Part shown: positions 1-13,756 of the stretch, piece after piece
Numbering within the stretch: the stretch's first letter is position 1
Layout of the letters: every line of letters starts with the position of its first letter
From: Octopus sinensis
Taxonomy: Eukaryota
Length of the DNA: 64,000 nt
Direction: 5' to 3'
Assembly: GCF_006345805.1 (NCBI RefSeq)
Contig: NC_043008.1
Location: 52,018,001-52,082,000 of the forward strand
Program-made: the position numbers and the translations under genes
Notes under the pieces: generated by a model
What the model saw: the letters and a program-made list of their open reading frames with translations, nothing else
Database searches by the model: none
Told to the model about the DNA's origin: nothing

Positions 1-1391
1 TCTTTGCTTCTGTGGCCAGCTGTGATGCACAACAGTCTTATTCTAAAGATCAATAGGTTTGATCTCGTCATTGAAGGAATCCTCTATTTGTTATGATTCA
101 AATCGATCAACCATCAATCAAAACAAATGATTTTTTGAGGTTGAAAAAAGAAATAATTTAGCATAAAAACTGGACATCTTCCATTAAACCATGAGTTTCC
201 CTTATTTACTTGAACATAATATATGTGGCTGGTGTGTATTCGTTATGGTTGTTTGATTTCTTATAACAAGCAAAATATATTGCTTAGTCATCACACTGTT
301 TCTTTGTCAGCTTTCCATGTCTTTGTTTGATATATTATTTGATTTTGCAAATCTTCTGTGTAGCAGCTCTTTTCCCACACTTGTTTATTAAAGAGTGTCC
401 TAATAAAAGAAAGTCATCGAAGTTGATAATGACATTGCGTTCTAGATCTGCTTTTGTTGCGAATAAATTTTACTAAATTTGTAATACCTGCAATTTTTTT
501 TTTTCCTTTTCTTTTTTCAACATGACTATGCCTAAGATGCACACTTTTGCAACTAAGTGATTTTGGGTTAAATCTTATTTATATACAAAAATGCATGTAC
601 ACACACACACACACACATGTACATACACTGCATGGCTGAATAGCAAAAGAAATTTGCTTTGCAATCCCAAGATCTTGGTTTCAATTCCACTCTATGATAT
701 CTTGACCAAGTGCCATTTACCATAGCCTTGGGAGTTAATCCCTTTGATACCAACCTACAGCTGCTCCTGATTCTCTGATACAAACTCTCTGTTTTGAAAT
801 GGTTTTAATTAAAATCTCCCATCAAAATTTCCATGTTAATTTCTGATCCAAACACCAGCTTAATAATGACAGGTATTTTAATAAATTCTTTGATATTAAA
901 AAAATTAATTAAAACAGAAGCAGTGTATTTCAACAGAATATAGTAACAAAAGGGTTAAACTGGGTTCCCACTTTCATTGGCCAGGATATATGTGTAAGGA
1001 AACCATGCCCAATTATACTCATAACATGTTTTGCTAGTAGTAGACTTGGTACCTTTTTCTCCTTTATATTTCACCTGTTATTGTCTTCCTTTAGATTACC
1101 ATCTACCTGACTAGATTACAATCTACCTAACAGCTACAGTAAACCAAAACGTTTTCAGTTTCATACATCATTCCTATGCAAACAGGACACCTTTTCAATG
1201 TGTAGTGATGATGATGATGTTGATTGATTCACCTTGCACAAACTGAACATCTATATGTGGATTCTCCTCACATTATCCCATTTATATTGATCTGTCATAC
1301 TTTGAATGTTATTGCAATGATGTAGAAGACATCAGTTTGCCACTGGCCTGATTGAAATATATTATGTTTGTTGCTGGCAGATTATTATTTT

Positions 1392-1408
1392 TACTCCTAC
1401 TACTACTC

Positions 1409-1439
<31 letters not shown>

Positions 1440-1528
1440 AAATACTACTACTACTACTACAACAAATACTAATACTACTACAACAAATACTACTACTACT
1501 ACTACTATTACTACTACTACTACTACTA
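1392..1528. repeat. (CTA)n microsatellite, about 45 units
   Basis: Direct; it produces the poly-Leu and poly-Ser pseudo-ORFs in the track. Confidence 0.97.
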
Positions 1529-2042
1529 AGTTTCAAATTCTGTTGAAGTTGATTTCCTCTTTCATCCTTTCAGGGTCAATAAATTAAGTGCCACACTGGG
1601 TTCAATGTAATTGACTGGTCCTCTCCTACCAAATTTCAGGCCTTGTGCCTTTAGTAGAAAGGATTATTATCATTATTATTATTATTAAGGTGGCAAGCTG
1701 ACATAATAAGTGATGCTGGGCAAAATACTTAGTGGCATTTTGTCTGTCTTTATGTTCTGAGTTCAGGTTTCACCGAGGATGACTTTACTTTTCATCCTTT
1801 CAGGGTCAATAAAATAAGTACCAACTGAGCTCTGCAGTCCATATAAGTAACTTACCCCCACCTTCAAAGTTGTTAACCATGTACCAATATTTGAAATTAA
1901 AAGTAATTCTTATTATTATTATCATTATTATTATTATCATTATTATTATTATATTATTATTATCATCATCATCATCATTCCTGAGCTGGCAGAACTGTGA
2001 GCATACCAGACAAAATGTGGAAGATTGGCAGAAGCATTAGAG

Positions 2043-2286
2043 CAGTGGTTCCCAACCATTTTTACCTATGGACTCCTTTTTTTTTGTTGTTTTATTCAGA
2101 TGGACCCTTATAGCCACTTGATGTTTAAAAAAATCTATGATATTTTTATAATTAAACATTATGAAGAATTATATAAAAAATTAAACTATTTTGTGTATGG
2201 TAGAAGTTTAACCAATTTATTGTACATAAATTTCTAATCTTATATAGACCCCAAGGTTCATATGGCCCCCATGTTGAGAACTGCTG
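2043..2286. mobile_element. hAT-family MITE
   Basis: Imperfect TIRs CAGTGGTTCCCAAC / GTTGAGAACTGCTG and a perfect 8-bp TSD CATTAGAG (2035-2042 and 2287-2294). Confidence 0.85.
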
Positions 2287-2766
2287 CATTAGAGAGTCAG
2301 TAAAAATGTTTTGTGATATTTGTTCCAACTGTTTATTTTCTGAATTCAAATGGTATTGTGTTTATATTGAACCAGGATACTGCTTAATCAATTGCTTCAC
2401 TGTTGTATTCGTTCCACCTAATGCTGAAACAACGGTCCTCTCTAACACAATATCCTTTTACTTGGACCCTTCCCTTGTCACCCCTTATTGAGGTTCAGAT
2501 TCTTGGGATCATCCTTTATGACTTCTACTCATGTCTTCCTTGTTCTTATCCTTCCTTTGGATCCTCCTGGCATTTCTTCACCCACCTCTCATCATTTATA
2601 TCTGTTACATATCTCCTATAGTCTATTATTCTTTTCTCTTTTTGTTCTCTTCTGTATTCTCTTAGTCTCTTTGTCATGTCTATAGTAATATACACATAAT
2701 CTTTCCTTGATATCAATCTTTTTTTTTTTAAGAAAACCTCTTAAAAGTATGAAATGTGATTTCTTA

Positions 2767-2818
<52 letters not shown>

Positions 2819-5800
2819 CACACTCACCATCATAAAAGACAAGACAAGGCAAGAAGACAGGAACATGTGTGCATGCACACACACACACACATGATGGGTT
2901 TCTTTTAATTTCTGTCTACTCAATCCATTCACAAGGCTTTGGCTGACCTGGAGCTGTAATAGAAGACACTTGTCCAAAGTGCCATGCAGTGGGACTGAAC
3001 CTGAGCCCATGTAGTTAGGAGGTAAACTTCTCACTATGCAGTCACACTTAAATGAATGCATGTGTGTGTATGTATGTATGTGTGTGTGCGTATTCATTCA
3101 TTCTATAAGAACATTTCTATGGATCTGACATCAAATATTACATGTGAATCAATAATTAACGAAGAATTTTGTCATTTACCAATTATAATTATGTATTTTT
3201 TTAGTGACCAATTTATAATTATATACACATATGACTAATATATAATTGTATATATGCATAATGACTAATATATAATTATGAGCATGTATTTCAGCTAGTG
3301 TATAATTGTGTGCTAGTATAGCAACCAATGTATATTATTGTGTGCATGTGTAGCAACCAATATTTAATTCTAGATATGCATAGGTGCCAGGCTTGTTTTA
3401 ACATGGGCAGATTTTAAATCTGATATTGTTATAGTAACAACGCAAACTGATCTAAAATCCAATATGTGAACGATGAGTCATCAGTATCATTGCATTAAAC
3501 ATCCATTTTTTTTCTCCCCAGTAGTTTTATGAGTTTAGCTGAGAGATTTACATTCCAGATCTCCAGCTGGTTGCCATGTGTGGTGGAACTGTAAACATTG
3601 GATACAATAAAAATTTAGAATGGGATTTTGAAATTGGCAGGACAAACTAGAAATGAAAACTTACTTAATGGCATGGACATTTTGTTGAGCTTCAATTATG
3701 TTTTTATAACTGTGAGGTTGCAGTTTAGCCCCAGGTCACTTGTGATCCACCTGACCTATAGTCAAAGGTGTTTCGACCATAATGATCCTGTTTTATTATT
3801 TTTCTTTTTTTTTCCTGCACATAATATGTCTACGATGACACTATCCAATGTGTCCTTTCTTTTCTTTTGAGATGATACAGTGTTGCTAGATAGAAATGAG
3901 GCTTTTATTTTTTAGTGATGGTGGTGATGATAGGCAAACTTCCAGTCAAACCAAGGAAACCATGTTTACATTAGTTAGTTATTTTTTCAAGTTGCTGATC
4001 CTATTGATAAGATGCAACTTCTGACAGAAGTGTCAGTGTTTTTCAATGATGGTGTAGGATTAGACAGGCTGAAACAGATACCTTAAATGTTGTGTCTGAT
4101 TGCTCTGGATTGGTAATGTGTTTTTTGATCAACCTCAAAAATATGAAAGGCAAAGTTGACCTCTGCAGGATTTGAACTCAGGCTGCAGAGTTGGAGCAAA
4201 TACTGCTTGGTATTCTTGACCAATTCACCACTTACTTTTTAATGGTTTAAAGACTATAAGTGTATTTTTTGGTGAAATTAATTATATATTAAAAAAAAAA
4301 AACTGTGTTGTAGTTAGAATTACCAAGAATGTAATTATTTTCTTATGAAACATTTTGGATGTGTATTTGCCAAGCAGATGATTTGATCTGACACTAGGTA
4401 TTGAAACTACAACACTTGAAGCACGAAAGATACATATTAAAGAAACATATTGCCATTCAAAAACGCAGTATAACTTTTAATTCACTTAAGCATTTATTAT
4501 TTGGTATCAAAAGTTTCACATCAATTGTAACCTGGTCACTGGTGTGGTTCTAAGTGACCAGGTCACAGTGATTGTGACGAATTTTGACTCTAAATTTTAA
4601 ATGTTCAAGTGAAGTTACTGGTTTTTGTGTGTTTTTGAATGGCTAATAACATATCTTTCATGCTGTAATTGTTATTCAAATTTCAAAAATGATGAACAAA
4701 AGTTATAGAGAAAGAACAGAGCTACAAGAAATCATAAAACACACTGATGAAATAACATTGGAAAGAATTAAAATAGATAGGTAGTGGGTAAAACACTGAA
4801 CAAATTTATCTGATAACCTAGTATTTAGAGGTGTTTAATTGTGTACCTTTTGTTTTTTGTTCATCTATAATTACCTTGAATATTTATTTTATTCCATTGC
4901 AGGTTGTTCTTTTGTTATTAATCTCCTGGACCGAAATTTGGGTGTAATGTACCCACCGGTGAAACATCAGTACTGCATTTTGTGATCTCCTTGTATTGCT
5001 TTGCAGATTCAAATGATAGTAAGTGAGACCTTTACTGTTTTATATTCTTTTATACCAGGAGTTCCTAACTCTTTCAAGCTGTCCCCCCACTACCCTCTCA
5101 CAAAATAGGGTTTTACAAACAGCAGATTATTTTGATGATTTACAAGCTAATTTTGTGCTGTGCTTTATTATCCATGTATACTCTTACACTAATCCCATCC
5201 AACATTTGCCTCTTAACTATTTGTGTGGACTGGTGTCTCTGTTAATTTTTCATGGAAATTACTAAAGATGGTGAGGTTTTCATCATTTAGTGACCACTTT
5301 TCCTTGGTTGCAGGAGTCAGATGGACTTTATTGAAGCAGGTTTTGTATGGTCAGATAACTTTCATGTTGCCAGCCTTCATCTGTTTCCAAACAAAGTAAT
5401 ATTTCTCCTGGCCGGATTTTTTTCCTTGTGGAAGACTGGAAATGAATAACACTGCTTGTATGACAGTGATGCTTTTTTACATCCATCATGTGATATCAAG
5501 ACAAAGGTGCGCACACACACACAGTGGATATGATACGCCATGTAGAGCTCTAAATTCGCCAGCAGTAGTCATAATTGAAGCTGTACACACTGGAAACATA
5601 CACACACACACACACACATATATATATATGAATGGCTTCTTTTAGTTTCTGTCTCTTAAATCCACTCACAAGACTTTGGTCAGCTTGGGTTGTAGTAGAA
5701 GATGCTTGTCCAGAGTGTCATGAAATGGACTACATGGGTTAGAAGTAAGCTTCTTAAAAGCAAGACTAACACCTCAGATGTAGGAAAACAATCCTACATT

Positions 5801-6565
5801 GAAGATGCTCTCCCTCAGCGGAAACAAAACCCAGGCAAACCAAATATGGCATGCATCAAGAACAATGTTAGTTCTATCAAAAAACATAATATTCAGATTT
5901 CGATATTATCTATTCATGACCTGATTATAAATTCAAAATGACTGACAAGGCAAACATACCCTTATATTAGGTAAATTTTTCTACCAAAATATCAAAGATA
6001 ATATGCTCTAACTTGGAATGCCAACAGATTGGGTACAGACTAGATGCTGAGTCAATGACATTGATGAAGTTGGCCTAGGTTTGATCCCTGGGTAGTAGCA
6101 TTCAAGTGTCTCTGGAAGATAAACAAATTAAGTGTATCTAATCACACTAGAACATCATTTAGGCAAGTATCAAAGTAATACACATGCACAATTTCAGCCT
6201 ATTACATCAATTATTCTCAGTGACATTGTGACTAAAACATTGCTACTCATAGTCAGAAATGCCATTTTGAGAAAATTGCAAAAAATACTGGAAATAGTTG
6301 ATTTTATAACAATGCCCAACTACACAAGTATAATATCCACATTTTAGTGAAATATTTGCAGTTTTGCATAGTCTAATAATGCCCAGAGGCATATTCTTTG
6401 CTATTTTTCTGAGATTTTGCTATCTGAAATCTGAGGTATTAGTCTTGCCTTAACCACACAGTCATGCTTGTACCTATATAGTGAAATGATATTAGACCTT
6501 GGTACATCATCAGTCATGTTTCTGCTCAGTGATAACATAGTGGCTCTCTCAGATTCTTTGAAGGT

Positions 6566-6900
6566 GCATAGCTCAGTGGTTTGAGCGCCGGGCTCACTAT
6601 CATGAGGTAATGAGTTTGATTCCTGGACCAGGTTGTGTTCTTGAGTAAGACACTTTATTTCATGTTGTTCCAGTTCACTCAGCTGTAGAAATGAGTTGTG
6701 ACATCACTGGTGCCAAGTTGTATCAGCATTTGCCTTTCCTTTGGATAATATTGGTAGCATGGAGTGGGGAGGCTGATATTCATGGGCAACTGCTGGTCTT
6801 CCTTAAACAACCTTCCTTGGACTTGTAACCTTGTAGGGTAACTTTCTAGGTGCAATCTCATGATCATTCATAACTGAAGGGAGTCTTTACCCATACCCTT
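6566..6900 (+). mobile_element. tRNA-derived SINE, family D
   Basis: GCATAGCTCAGTGGTT (A box)...GAGTTTGATTCC (B-box-like), followed by GTGTTCTTGAGTAAGACACTTTA...TCACTCAGCTG core. Confidence 0.65.
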
Positions 6901-7315
6901 TTACTCATATTCTAAACCTGACAAAGGAATTTTTTGATGTTTAATATCTAGTTTAAATAATTTATTTCTAAAATACAATAAATAAATAAATAACTGAATA
7001 AATAAAATGATAAAAGGCAACCCCTCTAAGCACCCAGCACTCACCCTGAAAGCACATATTCTCTTGCTCACTTCTGAACCCTGGCATTCTTTTTCAAATA
7101 ATAGTCTGTTATTCTTGAATATCTTAATACACTATTCACAATTCATTTGTGTAACTCTAGACGCAGGGACAGCCCTGTGGTTAAGATCACGTTGCAACCT
7201 TATGGTTTTGGATTCAATCTCAATGCATGGTACCTTGAACAAGTGTCTTCTAGTATAGATGTGAACCAAACAAAGCCATGTGAGTGAACATGGGAGACAG
7301 AAACTGAAGAAAAAC

Positions 7316-7361
<46 letters not shown>

Positions 7362-8649
7362 CTGCCTATTTATCCAAAACCTGTGTGTATATCCCCTTAC
7401 CATACAAACAGTCATTTGTTGGCAGTTGTCTGAAAATTGGTGAGCTTGGGTGAAATATCTCTTTACTTGGGGACAGGAAGAGCATCTGATTGTAGAAAAT
7501 CTGCCTCAATAAATTTTTTTAGACTGATGCAAACATTGAGAAGTTGACATTAAAATAATGATGGTAGTGATGATGATGAGTTAGTATTCATAAGTCTTTA
7601 GTTAGAAATGTTCATCTTTCTGATAAATGGAAACAAATAAATGCATCAATCATACTGTTTATAATTTGTCGTTAACAATGTTGCAACTAATTATGTGATC
7701 TTCATTGAATTGTTGACAAAATATGAATTAATTTGATGATTGATGTCAGTTGAGGGGAAAACTCACTGAAGTACGACACATTCATTATTAATTAGAGATG
7801 TTGCAATAGACAAACTGTATCTTTGTACATCTGTATATTAACGTGTGTGACCAAAAGTGGATGTCTAGCTAATATGCCTGAAAGAAAGAAAAGCCATTAG
7901 CTTATATAACGATAATTTGACAAAGCTTAGTGCTAATTGTTGGTCTCAACTTTATCATTATCATCATTGTTGTATTGATGTCTACTTTTCCATGCTTGCA
8001 TGGGTTAGATTGGAGATGTTGAAACAATTTACTACAGCTGGATGCCTTTTCTGTCAGCAGCCTTCACTTGTTTCCAAGCAAGATAATGATCTTACACTCT
8101 GTGAACAACAAAGAGCACGGACATGTTTACATGGAGAATGAAAGCAGACAGACACCATATGAATGAGCCTTTTGTTTACAAAGATCAGGCAACATATCAG
8201 AAAGCCTGTATAGGTTTTTGCAGTGGACTACAAACAAAGAGCACTGTTAGTAAGGCCATTGTCGACAACCAGTGAATACACATGAAGATGAGGGAGATAG
8301 GAACTCTTTCACTCACACGTGCATACATGTCCAAGAAAGTTGATGTTTCCCATGATGCAAAATATTTCCATGAAACATGAGAAATGAAAGACGCTGCTTG
8401 TGTGATGGTGATACTTGTTTACAAGTATCCCCTCCCACACACACATGCATGCGCATCTGGGGGCTTGTGTACATATCCAAGCAAAATAATATTTTCCCAT
8501 GACAGGAAATGTTTTCACAGAATATTGAAAATGAAAGACACCACTTGTTTGTTGGTGATGCTTGTTTACAACCATCATGAGATGTCAAAACAAGAAGGCA
8601 CAAACATACTCACATAAATGCACATAAATGCATATACACACACATGACA

Positions 8650-8883
8650 GGCGTCGAGCTGGCAGAGACGTTAGCACGCCGGGCGAAATGCGTAGCCGTA
8701 TTTCGTCTGCCGTTACGTTCTGAGTTCCAATTCCGCCAAGGTCGACTTTGCCTTTCATCCTTTCAGGGTCGATAAATTAAGTACCAGTTATGCACTGGGG
8801 TCGATGTAATCGACTTAATCCGTTTGTCTGTCCTTGTTTGTCCTCTCTGTGTTTAGCCCCTTGTGGGTAGTAAAGAAATAGGT
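8650..8883 (+). mobile_element. Young SINE family B
   Basis: GAGCTGGCAG...GAGTTCCAATTCC (B-box-like)...GCCTTTCATCCTTTCAGGGTCGATAAATTAAGTACCAG. The central block resembles a domain I recall from widespread metazoan SINE superfamilies (Nin/Meta type; unverified). Confidence 0.8.
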
Positions 8884-11804
8884 TTCCTTCAGTTTCCATC
8901 TGCCAGATCTACTTACTTTGGTTGGTCTGGGGTTTTAAACAAAAATAGATAGTTGACCAATAGGAAGATACTGCAATCAACACCATCATCATCATCATCA
9001 TCATTGTATTCTCCTCTGTCAGTTATTACTTTTGTAGTAACACGTATTTAATGAATCGGCAATAAATGTTTTCTCAAACCATATTTTAGTATCAAGCAGC
9101 TCAAGGTATAACCTCTTTCAGATTAAATACTTAATCTTGAGAAAGATGATTGTATTGCCTCTCTCTTACACTAACATCTAAATATTTGTAATTAAGCGGA
9201 CTGTACTAAATCTACCTGAGATTAAATGGTGAATTTTTACTGGACACTGACAACCTAACTGCCACTCTTGCATGCATCGACTGACGTTTTAAGTAACTCA
9301 CGTAGTCTTCTCAGCTTACTTTCACACTTGTGCATGCATTCACACGGCCCATTCCATATGAAATTTTCCTCAGACCATCTGCTATCAATATTCATATTTC
9401 ACAACATTACTAAATTATGCTTCTGACCTAGATATTAGTCAGTCAACACAAAAACAGAAAAAAAAAAAAATTTTTTTTAATCATAACTACATTAGTTTAA
9501 ATATTTTATTTATTTTAAATTTCTTACAATTAGATATTATAACTGGTTTCCCCCTACCAGTCTAATTAGTTTATCTGAGTAACAAACCTTTTCCACTATT
9601 TCAAGTGAGTCATCATAGGAATCTGTATCTTTTTTAGACTTTGCCTACAGAAAGGGACAGTTTCCCTAGTGCATTTAGTGCAATTAGAAATCTATATACA
9701 TTGTTAACTAGTCAACTGGAAGTATTAGCTGTAGTGTGTGGTAGCTTTTATAATGTTCACTCTTAACCTATACTTTCTATGCCAAGTGTGTTTTAGAATA
9801 TTCACAAGTAGTCCAATATTGCTTATGAATATTCTAAAACAATGTCAACACCTTGGTCTTAACTATGTTTAAGCATCGGTTGGACAGAATGAAATAAAAT
9901 AATTGTAGAAGAGATCTACAATGATGTATCAAGTTGTTGGTGGCCTCAATTTCTACAATATACCACTCAGCAAGCCATAATATATTTAATCAACAACCAT
10001 TATTTTTTCTATGATAGAATTGATTCTTACTAACATCATCGCCAACACCACAACTTGACACCCACTCATACTGTAATTCTGTTTGGAGGGGGTGAAAGCA
10101 GGAAAAATCTATTAGATTAATTTCATATATAAAAGATGCAATTTTCCCCATAATAAAAAGTAATTAGAAATTGATAAAAAAAAAAAAAACACAAAAAAAA
10201 ATAGTAAAAAGGATTTGTAAAGGATCGATAAAACATGTTCTGTTTTGATAATTCAGATCTGATAAAATATTTAAAATATTGGGTTCATATAATTCTTTCT
10301 TTCCTCTGTAGAAATTATATTTCTCACAAAATCTTCATATTAAATATTGTTACAGATTTTCCTTTTACTAGATAGATATAACTTCTTTAACCCTTATTTC
10401 AGTTCCTTTTCTCCCATTTCACCAACATGGCTCAGGTCCTTCCCCCACTGCAGTCCTAACTCTCCTGCCACCACCACTACCGTAACTCTCCTGCCTTCAC
10501 CACTGCCCTAACTCATTCCACTGTCCTAACCCCCCCCCCAAATCCTGACACCCCCTGTCACCCTGCTTTTATGGAAACTAAGGCACAGTTTTGCAACGCA
10601 ATAATGAAATTTCTCTGCTGTTTGTTCTATAACTTGCTAAAAGTAATAGCTAAATTCCCTTGAAATCATATTCTATAATTCTGCTATTTCACTGCTTTGG
10701 GCTGTATTGTATTTATTACACCCCAAATGGCAAAGTTGACTTCACTGGGATTTGAACTGAAGGCATAGAGAATCAGGACAAATACCTATATCTGTCCTCT
10801 CTATACCTTAAATCCATTAACTGGCACAAAGCCACACCCTTCTCGATATTGTTCCCCTCTCCTAGTTGAGGGGCTTTTGTCTTGCAAGATACCTGGTGAT
10901 CCTGTTGGTGTTGGTGCCACATAAAATGCACTGGTGTTGGTGCCATGTAAAAATGCACTGACGATAGTGCCACACAAAAAGAAAAAAAACACCCAGTATT
11001 CTCTGTAAAGTGGTTGTCATTAGGAAGGGCATCCAGCTGTAGAAACCATGGCAAAATAGACAATGGAATCTGGTGTGGTTCCTGGTCTTGCCAGTTTCTG
11101 CCAAACTGTCTAACCCATGTCTGCATGGTAAATGAACATAAAATGATGATGATGATTTATATATGTGCATGTGTGTTACCATCGTCTTACTTTGACACCA
11201 CATGATAGTTGTAAGCGCATCTGGTCATAAGGAAATATTTCCTGACCTGGAAATAGGTGAGGTTTGGTGATAGGATGGGCATCCAGCTGCAGAAAATTTT
11301 TAAAAGGTTTAATAAAAAATAACAACTAATTAATCAATAATGTATTCACCCTTGTTTCTTACAATGTCTTCCCAACGTTCATCATCATTATTGCATTAAG
11401 CAATAATGATGATGATGAAGAGTAGAGCTTAGTCAGAGGAAAATTTGGCTGCTGCTACTTGCAGATTGAGTGACCAAATAGTTACTGTGTTCTGAACTAG
11501 TTTTATGAAAATGGTATATTAAGATACATAATTCATGTTTCTCAGTGTAGAAACTTGATGTACAACTTAGCTGTATCTGATGTCAACTGTTACGTCATAT
11601 TTTTCATGTTGGCTTGGATTAGTGTCAGGTCTAAAATACTTGGCAAATTACTTTCAGTTTGATAACAAATCAATCTGATAACTCACCTTATCTTGCCTTC
11701 CTTATTGTCTTAAGAAAGGTATGAATTATGCACTAATTCCCATTTCATTTTATATGTGTGTGTATATGGTTGGGGGTGTTATATATATTTTTATTTATAC
11801 ATAT

Positions 11805-11960
11805 CTTATATCTATAAAACTCAAAATGTCTGTGTATGCTTTTTATGCGTTTCCACATTTTTCATCCGATTTTGATGAAATTTTTTTTATTAAATGGCAA
11901 ATTTACCCAGGCAGGTTAGTGCCACATTACCGATGCCTAGAGATACCCACTTCTAGGAGA
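11805..11960 (+). mobile_element. Helitron/Helentron-like 5'-end fragment
   Basis: tatatctataaaactcaaaatgtctgtgt...ccgattttgatgaaattt, similar to the end of 13392-13756. Confidence 0.45.
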
Positions 11961-12237
11961 AAAATCAATAAAACTGAAGGAACCTTGTCAAGCGATGGTG
12001 GGGGGACAAATACAGACACACAAACACACACACACACACATATATGACAAGCTTCTTGCAATTTCTGTCTACCAAATCCACTCACAAGGCTTTGGTCAAC
12101 CCAACGCTATAGTAGAAGACACTTACTTATGGTGCCATGCAGCAGAACTGAACCTGGAACAATGTGGTCGGTAAGCAAGCTACTTACCACGCAGCCACTC
12201 CTGCGCCTCTCTCTTTCTCCCCCCCTCTCTCTCTCTT

Positions 12238-12268
<31 letters not shown>

Positions 12269-12296
12269 GTGTGTGCATGTGTATATATATATATAT

Positions 12297-13046
12297 CCAG
12301 GCAATAACAGAGGAATTCAAAACGGGTTGCCCCAGGGAACTCCTCTGTGCTGATGACCTGGCCCTCAGAGCAGAATCACTACTGGAGCTAGAAAAGAAAT
12401 TTCGGGTGTGGAAGCAAGGTTTAGAATCAAAAGGCCTTAGAGTCAATGTAGCAAAGACCAAAGTTCTAGTAAGTAGGAAGACAAACTCCTCACATAACCT
12501 CTCATGTAGGTGGCCCTGTTTGGTCTGTAGAAAAGGTGTAGGTAGAAACTCCATAAGATGTACCCAGTGTAAGCTATGGATGCATAAGAGGTGTAGCAGC
12601 ATCAAAGGAAGATTAACCGAGAAGATAGCTTTCATGTGCGGCAGATGCACAGGGGCAATAGACACCACAGATGCTCAGAAAACAGATTCCATCACACTCC
12701 AGGGGAAGAAACTAGAAGTAGTTGATAGCTTTCGCTACCTTGGTGACAAAGTTAGTAGTGGGGGTGGATGCTCAGAGAGTGTTACCACTAGAATAAGAAT
12801 AGCCTGGGCAACGTTTAGAAAGCTTCTTCCCCTACTGGTGACAAACGGTCTCTCGCTCAGAGGTAGATTGTACGATGCATGTGTGTGAACTGTCATGCTT
12901 CACGGCAGTGAAACATGGACCGTGACTACAGAGGACATGCATCGGTTGAAAGAAATGAAGCTAGCATAATCCGCTGGATGTGTAATGTCAGTGTGCACAC
13001 ACGACAGAGTGTATGCGCCCTGAGAGAAATGTTGGACATAAGAAGC
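12297..13046 (+). mobile_element. 5'-truncated, degenerate RTE LINE fragment (RT C-half, PHD finger, thumb)
   Basis: QAITEEFKTGCPRELLCADDLAL...NVAKTKV...CLVCRKGVGRNSIRCTQCKLWMHKRC...CGRC...FRYLGD...HGSETW, collinear with 63310-64000. Starts immediately after a (TA)n run. Confidence 0.95.
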
Positions 13047-13250
13047 TTGAATGGCTTCCTTGGTCATATTGGTGATATGAGGGCAGGCGTTGTTGTGCAG
13101 CAGAACTCCATACACATCACAAATGTCGTGAGCAGCTTTTGCGGCCTTAAAAACTTGATTAAAAGCAAAAAGAAGGTGTCGAAAATGCTCGTTTTTTTAA
13201 ACTTGACATTCCATTTTAATGATCTGAAAATAAACAAAATTTAACTAAAA
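13047..13250 (-). mobile_element. Internally deleted mariner remnant
   Basis: Minus strand from ATG at 13214: MECQV*KNEHFRHLLFAFNQVFKAAKAAHDICDVYG joined in frame to VLLHNNACPHITNMTKEAIQ (HDNARPH-like motif). Confidence 0.8.
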
Positions 13251-13391
13251 TTAACTAGAAAAAAAACAAACAAAATAGATTCCAAAATGATTCCAAAATA
13301 GATTCTAAAATTTAAAAACGCAATAAATTCCAAAATTTAAAAAAACGGCAGGGTCTTAGTTGCCAACCCAATGTATGTATAATTATATATT

Positions 13392-13756
13392 CTAGCACTA
13401 TGACCTGGCGTTGCCGGGTCATAATGCTAGTGCATGCATATACAGTTGCATGCATGTGCACATACACGCAAGTACTGTCCAAATCTCCGACCAATCACAT
13501 ACAGCTAGCTGGCATTCATTTGGCGTATCAAGTTTTGGGCATTTTGATTGCGTTTTGGATAGAAAATTCACAAAAAAGTCACTTCTATTGATTTTTTAAT
13601 GGCTTTGCGGGGTGACTGGGGAAATGTAAAGATGTGCACGACCACCCTTGGATGGTTTTGAATGACCATAGAAAGTGCGAGCCCTCTAACTGAAAAATTG
13701 TGGATTTGTATAAAGGACATGCACGCAGACATTTTGCCGTTTATATATAGAGAGAT
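13392..13756 (-). mobile_element. Non-autonomous Helitron/Helentron-like element
   Basis: GC-rich hairpin TATGACCTGGC-GTT-GCCGGGTCATA flanked by CTAG at one end. The other end reads ATCTCTCTATATATAAACGGCAAAATGTCTG on the minus strand, similar to ATCTATAAAACTCAAAATGTCTG at about 11810. Confidence 0.6.

Noticed and set aside
1309-1546. Poly-Ser and poly-Leu ORFs
   Set aside because: Translations of the (CTA)n microsatellite.
10430-10560. C-rich CCTAAC-containing tract resembling telomeric repeat
   Set aside because: Only scattered CCTAAC/CCCTAA words in a degenerate low-complexity tract, not a tandem telomeric array.
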